The notes beneath the pieces were generated by a model. It saw nothing but the letters and a program-made list of their open reading frames with translations, was not told the origin of the DNA and did not search any database. Shown piece by piece: positions 25,552-37,560 of a DNA stretch of 63,071 nucleotides (within the stretch, counting starts at the first letter, position 1; each line of letters opens with the position of its first letter). The position numbers were made by a program, and so were the translations under genes. Where the stretch lies: the NCBI GenBank assembly GCA_012026655.1, contig JAAILG010000006.1, forward strand, positions 186,001 to 249,071, read 5' to 3'. Source of the DNA: Hydrolagus affinis (Eukaryota).

Positions 25552-25622
25552 AACAACAACAACAACAACAACTTAAACTTATAAAGCGCCTTTCACGTCG
25601 GGAGGACGTCCCAAGGCGCTGC
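25552..25622 (-). mobile_element. L2 3' end (subfamily A), young
   Basis: (aac)7 tail plus agcgcctttcacgtcgggaggacgtcccaaggcgctgc, identical to 62742-62779. Confidence 0.9.
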
Positions 25623-27596
25623 TTTAGTTTAGATGTTAAAGATCCCATGGCTCTATTCAAAAAAAAGCAAAGAGGGTTTTCGTCAGGTATAGTGGCCAAC
25701 AAGCCCACAGATAAAATTGGTCATTCACTTCATGGTTGTTTGTGGAACATTACTGTGTGCAAATTGAATGCCACTTCATCTTCAGAAAGACACAGTCGCT
25801 GCACTTTAGTTAATCCTGTGAAACGCTTTGAGACATCCTCCTGACGTGAATGGTGCTACATCTAATGTTAGGATTAATTTTGTTACAACATCAGTACGAA
25901 AAGTAAAGTTCTTTCATTGTCTTTGCTTGTTGAAGAAGGTGGAAGAACATAATATTTACTCATTCAGTGCTTCTGTAAATGCTGACACAGGTTACTTTTG
26001 TTAGGCATGAGAAGATTTGGTTAGTTTGCTCCAATTAATGTTCATGTTATTTTGGCTGTGTTCTGCACTTATCTCATGCAGAATTCATTATACTGCACAA
26101 ATGAACACTATATATTTTATAAGCTGTCTGATCAGTATTTCTTGCTGAAAACAAACAAGAACTCTGATATAAAAGTTGAATTGCAGAAGAATGCGCACAT
26201 TAACAAAAGAGTTGCCAACCTTACCAGAATTTTTCTCCAACATGTGTCCACAAGTCTTCCTCAATTCCCTCAGCTAGTCAAACCCTCGCCCGCCTCACAC
26301 TATTATCACTGAGCAAAGTTTCAGATCTCTGAACCTGTGTAGGCTGCAAAGTGTCAACATTCACTGGACAATTGCAGAAAACATGGAATTCTTAAATTCA
26401 GTCTTAATTTCAAGCCAATTTTTTTTTAAGAACTACAGAAAAACTCCTTCTGAATTAACACCAAAGTTAGGATGATTTCCTACATTCTGGACACATTTAG
26501 ATTTTAATACCACAAAATGGAATCGCAGGCTATGACTAGGTGGGATATTGGGTCTTTATATAATCTATGCTCCCAATGAAAACTTTCAAGCAGAAACTTT
26601 GATGCTTTGCAGAGCAACTCGAAAGTTGCATTATACCAAAGAGGAACTTTAATCACAATTTCTTAGTCACTAAACACAGCTGCTTATGTTGCTTGCAGAG
26701 AAAAGGAGGTATATTCTACATGCACAGTTAATATTTCACGGACAAGAAAAGAAAACGAAACTGGCAACTTCCCTGTGCTTGACGGCTGCTGCTTCATATG
26801 AAAACGCATCTGCAGCAAAATTGCTGAATATGTTGTTGATTAAATCATAAATTGTTGGCCATGGTTCATTTACCAGCCAATGATTATTGATGTGGTTTTT
26901 AAGATGTGTGTCATTCAGAAACGTAATTACAATGCTGCAAATTGAAAAACTGTAATACTGTCTCACTCACTTGTTTTACCAATTAAATTAGAATTTCCGA
27001 ACGGCTGAATGCTCTGCACGCTCCAGCAACCTCTGGAGACTGCAAGCAAGAGTTAATTAGTTCACTGACAGTGCATGCATTAATGCTCTACACAATTGCT
27101 ACGTGTTACTTACAATACAATGCCATCATCCAGCCCTAGTTGAATTAAGACATTTGTTTTTAAATGTAAGTAATGTTCATCCATTTGGTGCAACCTGGCT
27201 GCTTTTTACTTCACCCAGATAAAACAAATTAGCTTCTTAGAGAGGCAAATAAATGATGTGGAAAAATAGTCAGTGTAACACACAGTCTGGAGAAGGATCG
27301 GTTCTGGCTGTAAATCATAGATATAGTTAGTTACACGTCAATGAGACTGTCTATTAAACCGAACAATAACGTCACCCAGCAGCAAGCTGGTGAAATTCAG
27401 TTCATTTGATCAATTGGTTTGGATTTACTTATTGAATCATTCAGGCAGAATCTGCAAAAAAAAAAGACAATCATAAAAATTGAGTGTTAACTAGAGGTTT
27501 TCCCACTGCAAGGTGTACATGATACACACAGAACATAGCATCAGGTATTACAGTATTCGCAATCAGATACACAAGGTAATGATACACGTGCCAGAT

Positions 27597-27656
27597 CCTT
27601 GGGATATCCTCCCTACGTGAAAGGCCCTTTACGAATGTAATTTGGATTTGTTATTT
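27597..27656 (+). mobile_element. L2 3' end (subfamily A), degraded
   Basis: ccttgggatatcctccctacgtgaaaggccctttacgaatgtaatttg. Confidence 0.65.
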
Positions 27657-28166
27657 TGTAAGATCATATAGTCTTCAAATTAAAAGTCACTGTCACCAAT
27701 TTAATCTTAAATTTCAAAGTATTTTTCTAAAAAAAATTTGGTTACAGCTTATTGTTATTAATTTTTGCATCATTTAACAGGAATTATGTGCATGGCACTT
27801 CATCCTTGCACATTGCTTTGAAGTAATCAGCACTGATTTGCTTTACTGCTGTGTCCTTGCACAAACATGAATTCACAAGGTGCAAAAGAAAAATTCCATT
27901 TATTTCCATTATTTGAACTGTGTTCAGTTTGAGTTTTAGACGCTAAATTAAACACAAGGCCACCTTTGTAGTAAACTATCTACAGAGTAGATATGTTTTT
28001 ATGTGGTTCATTCTGCACATCGCCGCTCTGTGAGTATACTTCATGTATGAAAGTACAGAGCAAACAAAGAGAAAGAACTGTTCACGGAGCTATCTCCACA
28101 AAACATTGTGAAACTTCCCGATTTCTTCGTCATCTGCAGCTCCCAGCTATACTTGTGTTATACTGA

Positions 28167-28310
28167 TTATAATAATCCTTGCATTTGATATAACTCCTTA
28201 TCACGTCTTCAAGATATCTCAAAGCACTTCACAGAATGTACTGTAAAGTAAATTGACTGTATATTTTGTTTTTGAAACGCGGCAGCCAATTGCACGCAGC
28301 AGTGTTTTAT
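28167..28310 (-). mobile_element. SINE 3' half
   Basis: aataatccttgcatttgatat...tctcaaagcacttcacagaat...gcggcagccaattgcacgcagcagtg. Confidence 0.8.
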
Positions 28311-28554
28311 GTTTTGCTTTTTTAAAAAAAATCTTAATCAGAAATGTACGGTTAGCAAGCTTCTAAAACATCAAATATGCTGAATGAAGAATGCTTTTTT
28401 CAGCATATTCAGTTGTTTAGAAATTCAATAGTTTGAATGCTTCCTATTAAGAAATATTTCCTATTAATAAATTGGTTACGGAATCCATAAAGTAGTCCCT
28501 TGCATCAATATTTTCACAACTTCCCTCTTCATTTAATTCTGAATGTTTATCCTG

Positions 28555-28660
28555 AAGTCAATCTACAAAATACAGTCACTTCACAGTAGGTTCTGTAGAG
28601 CTCTTGGAGATGTCCTCTCAATGTGAAAGACACCATATCAAATAAAAGGATTATTTAATT
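28555..28660 (+). mobile_element. SINE 3' end
   Basis: aaatacagtcacttcacag...gagatgtcc...gtgaaagacaccatatcaaataaaaggattatt. Confidence 0.6.
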
Positions 28661-29308
28661 ACCTACATTAATGTAGAATTATTTGATCTTATCTTTCAGC
28701 ACACTTTTTCCTCTATTTTATTTTTTGACTGTATTGTTTCTCCCTCCACAAACTCCTTAAACTAACTTCTTCCACGAACTCCTAGTCATTTTAAGCCATC
28801 AGTTCCTTATTCACCATTTAGACCTACTTGTCCTATCCAGACCTAATTGGAATGATTCCCAAATGCTGTCGTTACGTTATGTACCAATGCAGCTTTTAAG
28901 TGTCTTAAATAATTAAAGAGAATGCAAATTAAGCACAGACTTGATTGACTTGAGGATAGCATTTAGCGGGTAAATTTCATTCAACAATTAACATACAAAG
29001 TACAGAAAGAGGGTCAAGGCAAAAACACCAGCTTTCCCGAATGCTATTTTTCATCAGTCTCTAAATCTACAAACTGAGTTGTTGGGTGGGTGATATCTTC
29101 TGAGCTCTTTTAATGGCATTCTGACACATGCTGACAGAATATGCACAAGAGCAGTGCAATTTATTTTGCCCTTTCGCAAATCTCTCGCAGGCTCCACGGA
29201 AATTGCCTTTCGCTTCGTTCCTTTGCAAATAACACAGCTAAGATTGCAAACCATCAGTGGAAGGGGCAAGGACAGGGGAGTGAAAGGATGAACTCATATA
29301 ATTTCGAT

Positions 29309-29597
29309 GTGTCAGGCTTATTGGCACACTGCGTCAGACGGTTGTAGGTTCATGCCCCATGACAGAGATTTGCCTGTTCAGGTGGATGTTAAGATCCTAT
29401 GCCACTGTTCATAAAAAAAAGTAAGTTTCTCAATCTATGAGAGGAAAAAACGGTCATTCACTTTATGGCCATTTGTGGGACTTTGCCGCATTCAAATTGG
29501 CTTCACCTACAAATACACAGCCACTACACTTTACAGAAAATTCTGTGACATGTTGTGACATGACAAGGCTCTTATCAAATGCGGATAGTATTATTCT
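29309..29597 (+). mobile_element. Family A SINE, internally deleted
   Basis: ggttgtaggttcatgcccc head; gcctgttcaggtggatgttaagatcctatgccac core; 3' half present. Confidence 0.75.
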
Positions 29598-30069
29598 CTG
29601 GTGCATCACATTGCACACTGAGCTGCCTTCTTCTGAACTTTTTTAACCCATGATATGTTAATAAAGAAACTTGTAGCTGACAGACTCCAAGAGGTATTGA
29701 AGATTCTTCTTTGTAGACTGTTGGATTCAATCCACTTGCTTTTGCCTAATCCTGAGCTCCCTTGAAACCTGAGTACAGAGACTGAATGTTCTTGTTCAGT
29801 TAACTCCTATCAAATCATAGAAGACAACCTAAGAATTCTGTGTTAGATTCCCTGCTGATTCCACACCTCCACTTTATATTGAAAGACTCCCTCACAACTT
29901 TATACAATTACTGGATCGCAGAGTGATCTCATTAGCTGGTACGGTGTTACTGTTTGGTTCCAGGCTAATAACCTCACAGATGTAATACATTATGACTAAA
30001 TAGCGTAGAATTTGTAGATGCATTTGTATAAACATTTACATAACGTGTGGTTTGGTTGCACAAGCAAAA

Positions 30070-30265
30070 TGAATTGGCAGATGTTCTCGAAATATAACCA
30101 CCTGAAGTAATTTTTTGGCCAGAGTGGAATGAATAATAATTTACTTCATGGCTGTTTGTGGGCCACAGATGTGCCAAAATCAGCTGCTGCGTTCATCTAC
30201 AAATACACAGTCACTACACTTTATTGTAATATCCTGTGCAATGCTTTGAGATGCTTCACATTTCA
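30070..30265 (+). mobile_element. SINE 3' half
   Basis: cttcatggctgtttgtgggccac...aaatacacagtcactacac...cctgtgcaatgctttgagatg. Confidence 0.7.
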
Positions 30266-30274
30266 GCAAATATG

Positions 30275-30458
30275 GGCCTTACCATCCGCGGGGAGCTTTC
30301 ATACATTCCGTCTCCTCTCTCTGGGGTCCCTCTGAAACGCCCCCTCTAACCCTACCTCAAGATTTCGATCAGCTTTCTTTACCCCCACCCTGGATCAGGT
30401 GCCCAGCCAGGCATTCTCTGGGTGGGGAGAGGTGTTGTATTAATCTGAATTGTGTTTC
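30275..30458 (+). mobile_element. Degraded L2 3' portion
   Basis: C-rich ORF2-end-like tract followed by ggagaggtgttgtattaatctgaattg, resembling the L2 terminus. Confidence 0.4.
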
Positions 30459-31734
30459 ATATTGTTATTATGAATACAGCTGTTATTGTTGAAACCACAC
30501 CGTTCACATTTCATTGATTGGTTGTGGGGCATTGGTGGATTAAACCTTCTGAATCCCAGACACCCCCTGATTACTAATAGGAAGATGTTTGCATAAAGAT
30601 TCCTATAAAATTTGCCTGACTTTCCATCTATCAGTTACAGTGGAAGGTGCTGTCTAAATGGCCTAACAGAAAGCTCAGTTTTGCTGGAAATGCTATTAGT
30701 AAATTCTAAACAGAAAAACATCCATTTTCCCCAGTGTCTCATCTATTGATTGGAAAGAAATCCAGCCAAGGACATAAATAAGGAAGAAACTACAACCTTT
30801 TCTTGGTGTGCTATTGATTGCCAAGCAAAAAGAGCAAGTTAACACAGCCAGTCAGCAGTCACAGTACATCTAGAGTCGGCCTAAATCTACCTGCAATTAT
30901 CAGTGTGTGTATCTCGCATTGTGTACTGCAAAGCTCCATTTCACACCTGGATCAAATTTGATTCAAATGGTTGCTTGGCTTAATCTTCTCCACCCCGATC
31001 TGCCTGTCAAATACAATTGACATTTCATGCATTTATATTCATGCATGAATACAGCATTAACATGCATGCAAACACTAAAAATGAGTTACAATAATTCCTC
31101 CTTTCCCCACCTCCCCATCCAATTTCCTCCCCTCTCACCCTGCGGATGTTCATTTGTGCTGGACTCGGGTGAAGATTGCAGGGATCGATTGCCAACTTGT
31201 ACCTTGCACCAGTGAGCGATGAGGGGCCCTCACGACAAAGCCCAAACCTGCTCCATTCAATGCTCACAGGAAGAAGAGAAGAGGGTGGAAAGGGGAGAAA
31301 GGGTGTGGGGTGGGGGGGTAAGTAACAAATGACTTTTACTAGGTCAGTAATAATTGTAAATGTAATGTAGATGAATGCATGCAATAGGGAATTGCACTAT
31401 TCAAATTCCAGTTAAACGCAGCTGTTTAATAGCTGGAGAGGGCCGGCAATGGGGATAGTGATAATTAGGTAAGAGCAGGGGAGCTTAATGAAGCATTGCT
31501 CAAGGTAAACTTCAATCAAATGTGTTTAATTGACCTTTTTCTTTCAGAACCAGCAGGTTTTTCATTTAATTAAATCGGCTCAGGGTCTATATTAAACAGT
31601 CACCAGCTCCCAGCCATAACCTGTAGCAAAATGACAGGTTAATAATCTTGGCCCTTCAGTACACCAGCGAATGTAATCATAATCACTGTTTAGGATTGCC
31701 AGTTAAATTGGAATTTAGAGCTCCACCTCACTAG

Positions 31735-31827
31735 TCGGGTCACACTCCCCCTGTGCAGCGCCTTGGGACGTCCTCCCGACGTGAAAGGCGCTCTATAAAT
31801 GTAATTTGTTGTTGTTGTTGTTGTTGT
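31735..31827 (+). mobile_element. L2 3' end (subfamily A), young
   Basis: cgggtcacactccccctgtgcagcgccttgggacgtcctcccgacgtgaaaggcgctctataaatgtaatttg(ttg)n, near-identical to the reverse complement of 62707-62800. Confidence 0.92.
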
Positions 31828-32124
31828 CCCTGCATACTGTTATCATTTTCTTTAATCACTGTGAGGTTAGCTGCTTAATTTAGGTCTGTGGCAAACCTAC
31901 AGTTAGTGCATGAATGCTTAGCCCCAAATATCAAAGAAAGGATGGACCCCGAGGTTTTAATGTACATCCCTGTACTGAAGACACAATCAAAGGTGCTGTT
32001 GTTACAAGGACAGTTCAATGCAAAAACTTTTTAGAAGTCAAATACACAAGTAAAATAGTTTCCCTCTGCACAACATGAAGTGCGCTATAATACGACTTCA
32101 ACAACACAAACTGCAGAAATAGTT

Positions 32125-32330
32125 AGTTGGATCACATCCCACATTGGGACTTTGAACTTTTATAATCTAAACTGACATGCTAGCGCAGTGTGTGCTGTGT
32201 TGTTGGAGGTGCCGTTCTTCGGATGAGACGCAAGTCTTTTTCTGCCTTCAGGAGGATGTTAAAAATCCCATGGCATTACTTGAAAAGAAATAAACAATCC
32301 CCCTAATGGAATTGGTCACTTACCTTGTGG
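32125..32330 (+). mobile_element. Family A SINE fragment
   Basis: cccacattgggactttgaac...gttggaggtgccgttcttcggatgagacg...ttcaggaggatgttaaaaatcccatggca. Confidence 0.75.
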
Positions 32331-33329
32331 CACACAGCGTTCTCAATGACAAGCTCCATCTTCTATCTGGTTAAACAGCCTCAATACCCTAATATATTCT
32401 CTGGGATTCCCAAAGTCTTGGCTTTTGACAACCCGCACCTAATACTTTCTGGAGTTGGGTAAAAAGGGTGAATCACCCCCAGAGAGAGTGAATGTAAATT
32501 CCATTCCAGACAAAGGCAAATTTCCAAGCATATGTAGGAATCTCAGGCTGGTTTGGAAACTCTTAAGCAAGGTGATGAGTGTCTATGTGTGTCACACGCC
32601 CCAAATTACTCCCCACAAATTGCTCAGTAAAAAAAAGCCATGAAATCATGAACTTTACTACAACAATTCTTCTGTAGTCATGGCAACTGCCTGAACCGAT
32701 TGGCACCTGTAATATTCTGATTAATTATAATATCACGATTAATTATGAGAGCTCAATAACTAAAACACACGTATATCAAACGAAAAATAAGAACTTCAAT
32801 TTGTTAGCTTTAGCGGCTAATGTGTTGAGAGAATTGGGTTTGGTAATAGTATCTTTATGAAGTCAAAATCCTTTTTTTTTGTTTAATTACCTTAAATTTT
32901 CAGGTAGTACTTTTGAGCCATTAGTGTTGAGTTGAAAATCGACTTTGTTTGAAAATCGTTTATTATGGCTATGGCTTTATAGTGCTGTGAATTAATGGCA
33001 GGTGTTAAACATTACTTCACAGGCAGGAAAATCATCATGTCAACCAATAATGACAGAGCTGAAAGAACTAAATTAAATCCATTAATGATATTGCATCTAT
33101 AATTGAGAAACATACGCCCGCTCCATTAAATTACTGTACCTCTGAGGTTTAATATCTCCATCTGTAAGAGAGATTCACATATCAACCACAAATATATCTT
33201 CTGCTAAGAACGGCTGTCCAATCACTCCCCAATTCATAAGAAGATTGAAAGTCTTCTGCCATCAACTTCTTTAAGCTTGCAAGATTAACGGACACTTTTA
33301 TTTCTTTACTCTTGATTGTATTTGTATTT

Positions 33330-33545
33330 TCCTGGCACTACTCGAAAAGAGAGAGTGTACAGTCTGGTGTCCTGACTGACAACGTCCACAAATAAAATTG
33401 GTTATTCATTTCATGGTTGTTTATCGGACATAGTTGTGTGCAAATTGAATAATAAGCTCCCCTGCAAACGACATGATGCACTCATTGATGTGTCCCTCTT
33501 ATATGAAATGTAAGATTTATTCATCATTATTATTATTAATAATAA
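33330..33545 (+). mobile_element. Family A SINE 3' part
   Basis: tggcactactcgaaaagag...ggtgtcctg...aaattggttattcatttcatggttgttt...gtgtgcaaattg. Confidence 0.65.
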
Positions 33546-33550
33546 TCCTC

Positions 33551-33635
33551 ACAACAACAACAACAAATTACATTTGTATAGCGTCTTTCACATTTCATAC
33601 AGCACCTCTCAGGTCAAGCGGAATTACTTCACAGC
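33551..33635 (-). mobile_element. L2 3' end
   Basis: (aca)n plus aattacatttgtatagcgtctttcac. Confidence 0.75.
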
Positions 33636-34326
33636 GTATATTCTAAATTGCTGTGTCTCTGTTTTGTGAGCGAATCCATTCACCGCTAATCAAACACGCT
33701 ATTTTTGAAGCTGTTGCTCGTTTGGGGAAACATATCTGTTCTTCACAATTGGAGAGGTAATAAGCCTGGGTAAAACATGATCTTGTTCTCACACATGGTC
33801 TCGTGAATAGCCATAACTAAAAGGTGTTATTTTGAGCAGCGAATCTTGGAATATTTTACTATTAATGTTCCTGTGTATGTATATACTGGTGTGAGACATC
33901 TCACTAGAACCATCAATTCCAATAGTACAGTAATCAGGAAAAACCTGATATCACAACAAACATAAATGCATCATTTAATAGTTAGCTCATTTAGTGTCAA
34001 AATATAATGAGAAGTAAAAAGCACATGTTACATTTTTATACGTTAATAAGAGGTGTATTTTCAGAGGGTCACATACATTTTCTGAAACTATCATGACTCA
34101 AGCTTATCCGCATGTGGCATAACAATACAGATGTCTCACTGTAGTGATGCCACAGTGCTACCCAGCCTTATGGAATTCAAGTGCCTTTTCCCCATTAAAT
34201 ATCTGATATCAGTTTAGGAGTTGAAAGAGTTGTGGAAGGTTTGCATGTTTACTTGAGCTACGCAGAATTACACATTTCCTTATGCATTTGAAGTTACGTG
34301 TTGGTTTTAGTTACACATATTGGTAT

Positions 34327-34765
34327 GTGTCAGCTGGTTCAATGAGAGGACTCTCGCCACTGAGTGAAACGTTTGAAGTTTCAAGATCCTTGTTAGGACA
34401 TTGAGCTCAAAGCCCTAACTGACAATGCAATGCAGTACTGGTGAGGGGGTTGTTGCCTTGTTGTAGAGCTGCCTTAATGTGGATGAGACTTTGAACTGGG
34501 TTCCTTTCTGCATATTCAGATGGATGTTTAAAATTCCATGGCACATTCGGAAAAGAGAAGGGAGTTCCTCCTGATGGCCTGGCAAACAATTCCCCAAGAT
34601 GAAATTGGTCATTTCACTTTATGGCCATTTTGTGGAACATTGGTGTGTGCAAATTGTTTATTGTGTCAAGCTACAAAAATACGTAACCACTACACTTAAC
34701 AGTAAATTCTGTCAAGTGCTTTGAGATATCATGATGATGTTGATCAGGCGTTATATCAAGCGCAA
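34327..34765 (+). mobile_element. Family A SINE, full length
   Basis: gtgtcagctggttcaatg...ctctcgccactgagt head; ttcagatggatgtttaaaattccatggcac...gggagttcctcctgatggcctggcaaacaattcccc; 3' half; an L2 3' end abuts at about 34763-34815. Confidence 0.88.
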
Positions 34766-36462
34766 TGCAATTTACATTTGCCTTTTATGTCAGGAGGACA
34801 TCTCAAAGCAAAGCAAAATTACAACCATTCATCTAGACATTGCTTCATTATCTGGCAAAGGCATTGTAACTTCTTGCTTATTAATGAAAATTATTTAACA
34901 ACAATTCCTTACTAAACACATTTTCTATCTAATTAGGTGCAATTTGCTTGTGCTAATGCTCACGGAAACGGTCCTATTCTGCAATTTGTTCTCAATTAGA
35001 AATAGGACTCAATATGTACACGTGCCAAGGCATCGGGCGCGAACCATCACCAGACAGATTGCGGTTGTCATTGCTGTGAAACAATGCAATGTAATAGACC
35101 CAAACTCCTGTTGGATTGTTACGCCGCACTAACTTGTATGGATTGCAGTTAGCGTACACAAGGATGCCAAAAGAACTTTAGGTAAGATGAATAATGAGAG
35201 AAGTAAGACGGATTGAGGCACAAATTCATTCTGCACAACATATTAGAGAGTTAGTCTGGAGACTTCTCAGCTTCTGTAGATAGTCTAAATTACATTTACA
35301 TTATACAAACAACTGTTTGTGGTTCCTTCTGTGGCTTTATTATTCAATTTATCTAACAACAACTTAGATTTGTACAGCACCCTTCACGCGGGTTGAATTC
35401 AACCTTGACTCTAGCTTCGTGTAGCTCTTAAATTAATTTACCTCTAAAATGAAGGCTGTATTTTAGTAATTGCCAACTTCAAGGCCATTTCGGAAATGCT
35501 GAGAAAATAGACAAGGTACGGGTGGAAATCCAACTCCTGAATTCAAAGAAACATCAATAGGCAAAAGAAGGCAACAGGCATCTCCGTATCATTGTAGCTC
35601 ATTATATAGCTCATTGCAGCTGTGTATGTTTTACTAAACAACTAAAATTGGCAGTGGGAAGGAACTTCTATACGTTATTGACCATTTTGATGAACCATTT
35701 ATGTCGGAAATACTAGGACAGTGGGAACGATTTGTAGGCAGCATGCAATAGTTTTACTATCCTGTTGTAAAGTTACGAACCGTAAAGTTCCAGTATTGAA
35801 ATATCCTGGTATGATTTACTTCTAACTCAGTTATTTTTTTTCTAATTTTTCATCACGTCACTCGCCTGTGTCTCCTGCCTTTAACTCATGCAAAAACACT
35901 GCAAAAATCTTCAATCATGCAGCTGACACCACCAGACTCGTTTTTTTTCTTCTAACACCCGCCTTGGTGGTCTCTCCAGCTGTAACACCCAGAACCTCCA
36001 GCTCATTCATACCTCTGCCATCTGGTACGATGTATATGCCCATCATTCCCATCCTTGCCAGGGCTCATCTGTTTCCACTGTTTCCCAGCCCCAGGCAATC
36101 TTCACTGAGGCGAGAAGACAAACCACACACATACATTTAATACAGGAAATTATCAACCGACAGAATAATTAAATGTGCATCAGCATTTAATCTCCATACG
36201 TTTTAAACCGAAACTAACAAGGCAATCTCACAGACCAAAACAAATGGTACAAAACAAGTATTTGGTAAACTGCTGTGCTTCTTCATAAAATTAACCGATT
36301 GTATCTGGTAAATGAGTTCTGGATACACTGTAATAGTCTTCTGGTAATGGACTGAGACTCGTACTTATTTAAACCTCTCATTCATTTCTTTGGGCATTCG
36401 AAACGCAAGGTTTTTTCAAAGTGCTGTATTAGTAAGTGAACTGTTACATTTGCTAAGATAGG

Positions 36463-36571
36463 TGTCTGTTTGGCTCATTGGATAACACACTTGCCTCAGA
36501 GTCAGAAAGTTGTAGGTTCAAGACCCAGGTCAATGGTTTGAGCTCATAGTTTAGGGCTAACACTTCAATGC
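36463..36571 (+). mobile_element. Family A SINE tRNA head, truncated by an L2 insertion
   Basis: tggctcattggataacacacttgcctcagagtcagaaagttgtaggttcaagaccc. Confidence 0.75.
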
Positions 36572-36632
36572 ACAACAACAACAACAACAAATTACATTTA
36601 TAGAGCGCCTTTCACGTCGGGAGGACGTCCCA
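36572..36632 (-). mobile_element. L2 3' end (subfamily A), young
   Basis: (aca)n aattacatttatagagcgcctttcacgtcgggaggacgtccc, identical to 62725-62769. Confidence 0.9.
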
Positions 36633-37169
36633 CTACTAGGGGTGGGGGGAGAAAAGATTGGCTCCAATACACGCATTTATTTTGAAGCTGTTTTTCTGTC
36701 AATTTCTTTCAAGTACCCACGTAAAACTGACTTCAAAATTAAGACTGAACTCAACAATTTTCCAAATTTCATACATTTTGAGTCCCAGGCTACATGTTTT
36801 TTAATGTGTTTATTCAAAAATTAAATAAATAATAATACAGTAGTTGTTTTTATTCCAGATCTACTTGGAAGAATAGTTGAGATGGAAACAAAACATGCAA
36901 GAAAACTAAGGAAAGAGACACAGGGAGGATAAAGCCAAACGTGAAATCTCGGTCTGTGTTATATTGTTGTCAAAGGAACTCCTGAATGTGATCAAAGAGC
37001 CCGACTTTGCTAAGTTCACAGCATGAGCTGCCTGCCATGCCATCCCCGTTCAACAGGTTCATAAGGAGTTGACGAAGCTTGCACGACTGGGATGTATTCA
37101 CGGGAAACAAATCAGCAGTAATAGCACTACCATGACTTCCGCAACAATCACTGCTAACAAGCGGGATTT

Positions 37170-37560
37170 GATGTGTGAAAGTTCATCCTCGCAAACCACA
37201 CGCAGAGCCATGTCATTGTCAGAGATGTCGCGTTCCGGGCGCCACATTAAACCAAGGATCTCGTTTCCCTGTTCAAGTGCACATCAAAGATCCCGCGGCA
37301 CAGTTTGAAAAGAAAGGGGAGCTTTTCTCGGTGTCCTGGTATGAGGCAAACGACTTCACTCACTTCATGGCCATTTGTGGGACACTGAGGAGCAAAAAAA
37401 TTGGCTGCCGTGTTAGCCCACAAATTACACGTTACAACAACAACAACAACTTTGATATATATAGTGCCCTCCAAGCCGGACGACGTTTCAGAGCACTTCA
37501 CAGTGCTTTAGATGTTCTCCCATTAAAAAGGCGCCACGGCAGATGTAAGGATTGGTGTTA
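37170..37560 (+). mobile_element. Family A SINE containing an antisense L2 (subfamily B) 3' end at about 37433-37503
   Basis: cctgttcaagtgcacatcaaagatcccgcggcac...ctcggtgtcctgg core; (aca)n actttgatatatatagtgccctccaagccggacgacgtttcagagcact insert. Confidence 0.8.

Larger units (their letters stand above)
25232..25885 (+). mobile_element. Family A SINE split by two nested L2 3' ends
   Basis: Head gtgtcagcctggctcaattg...gggttcaagcc; core breaks at cctgttt (25412) and resumes agatgttaaagatcccatggc; intact 3' half. Confidence 0.88.

Noticed and set aside
36260-36400. Possible LF-SINE remnant on minus (also 61620-61740 on plus)
   Set aside because: Only scattered short matches to my recollection of the consensus; needs an nhmmer search
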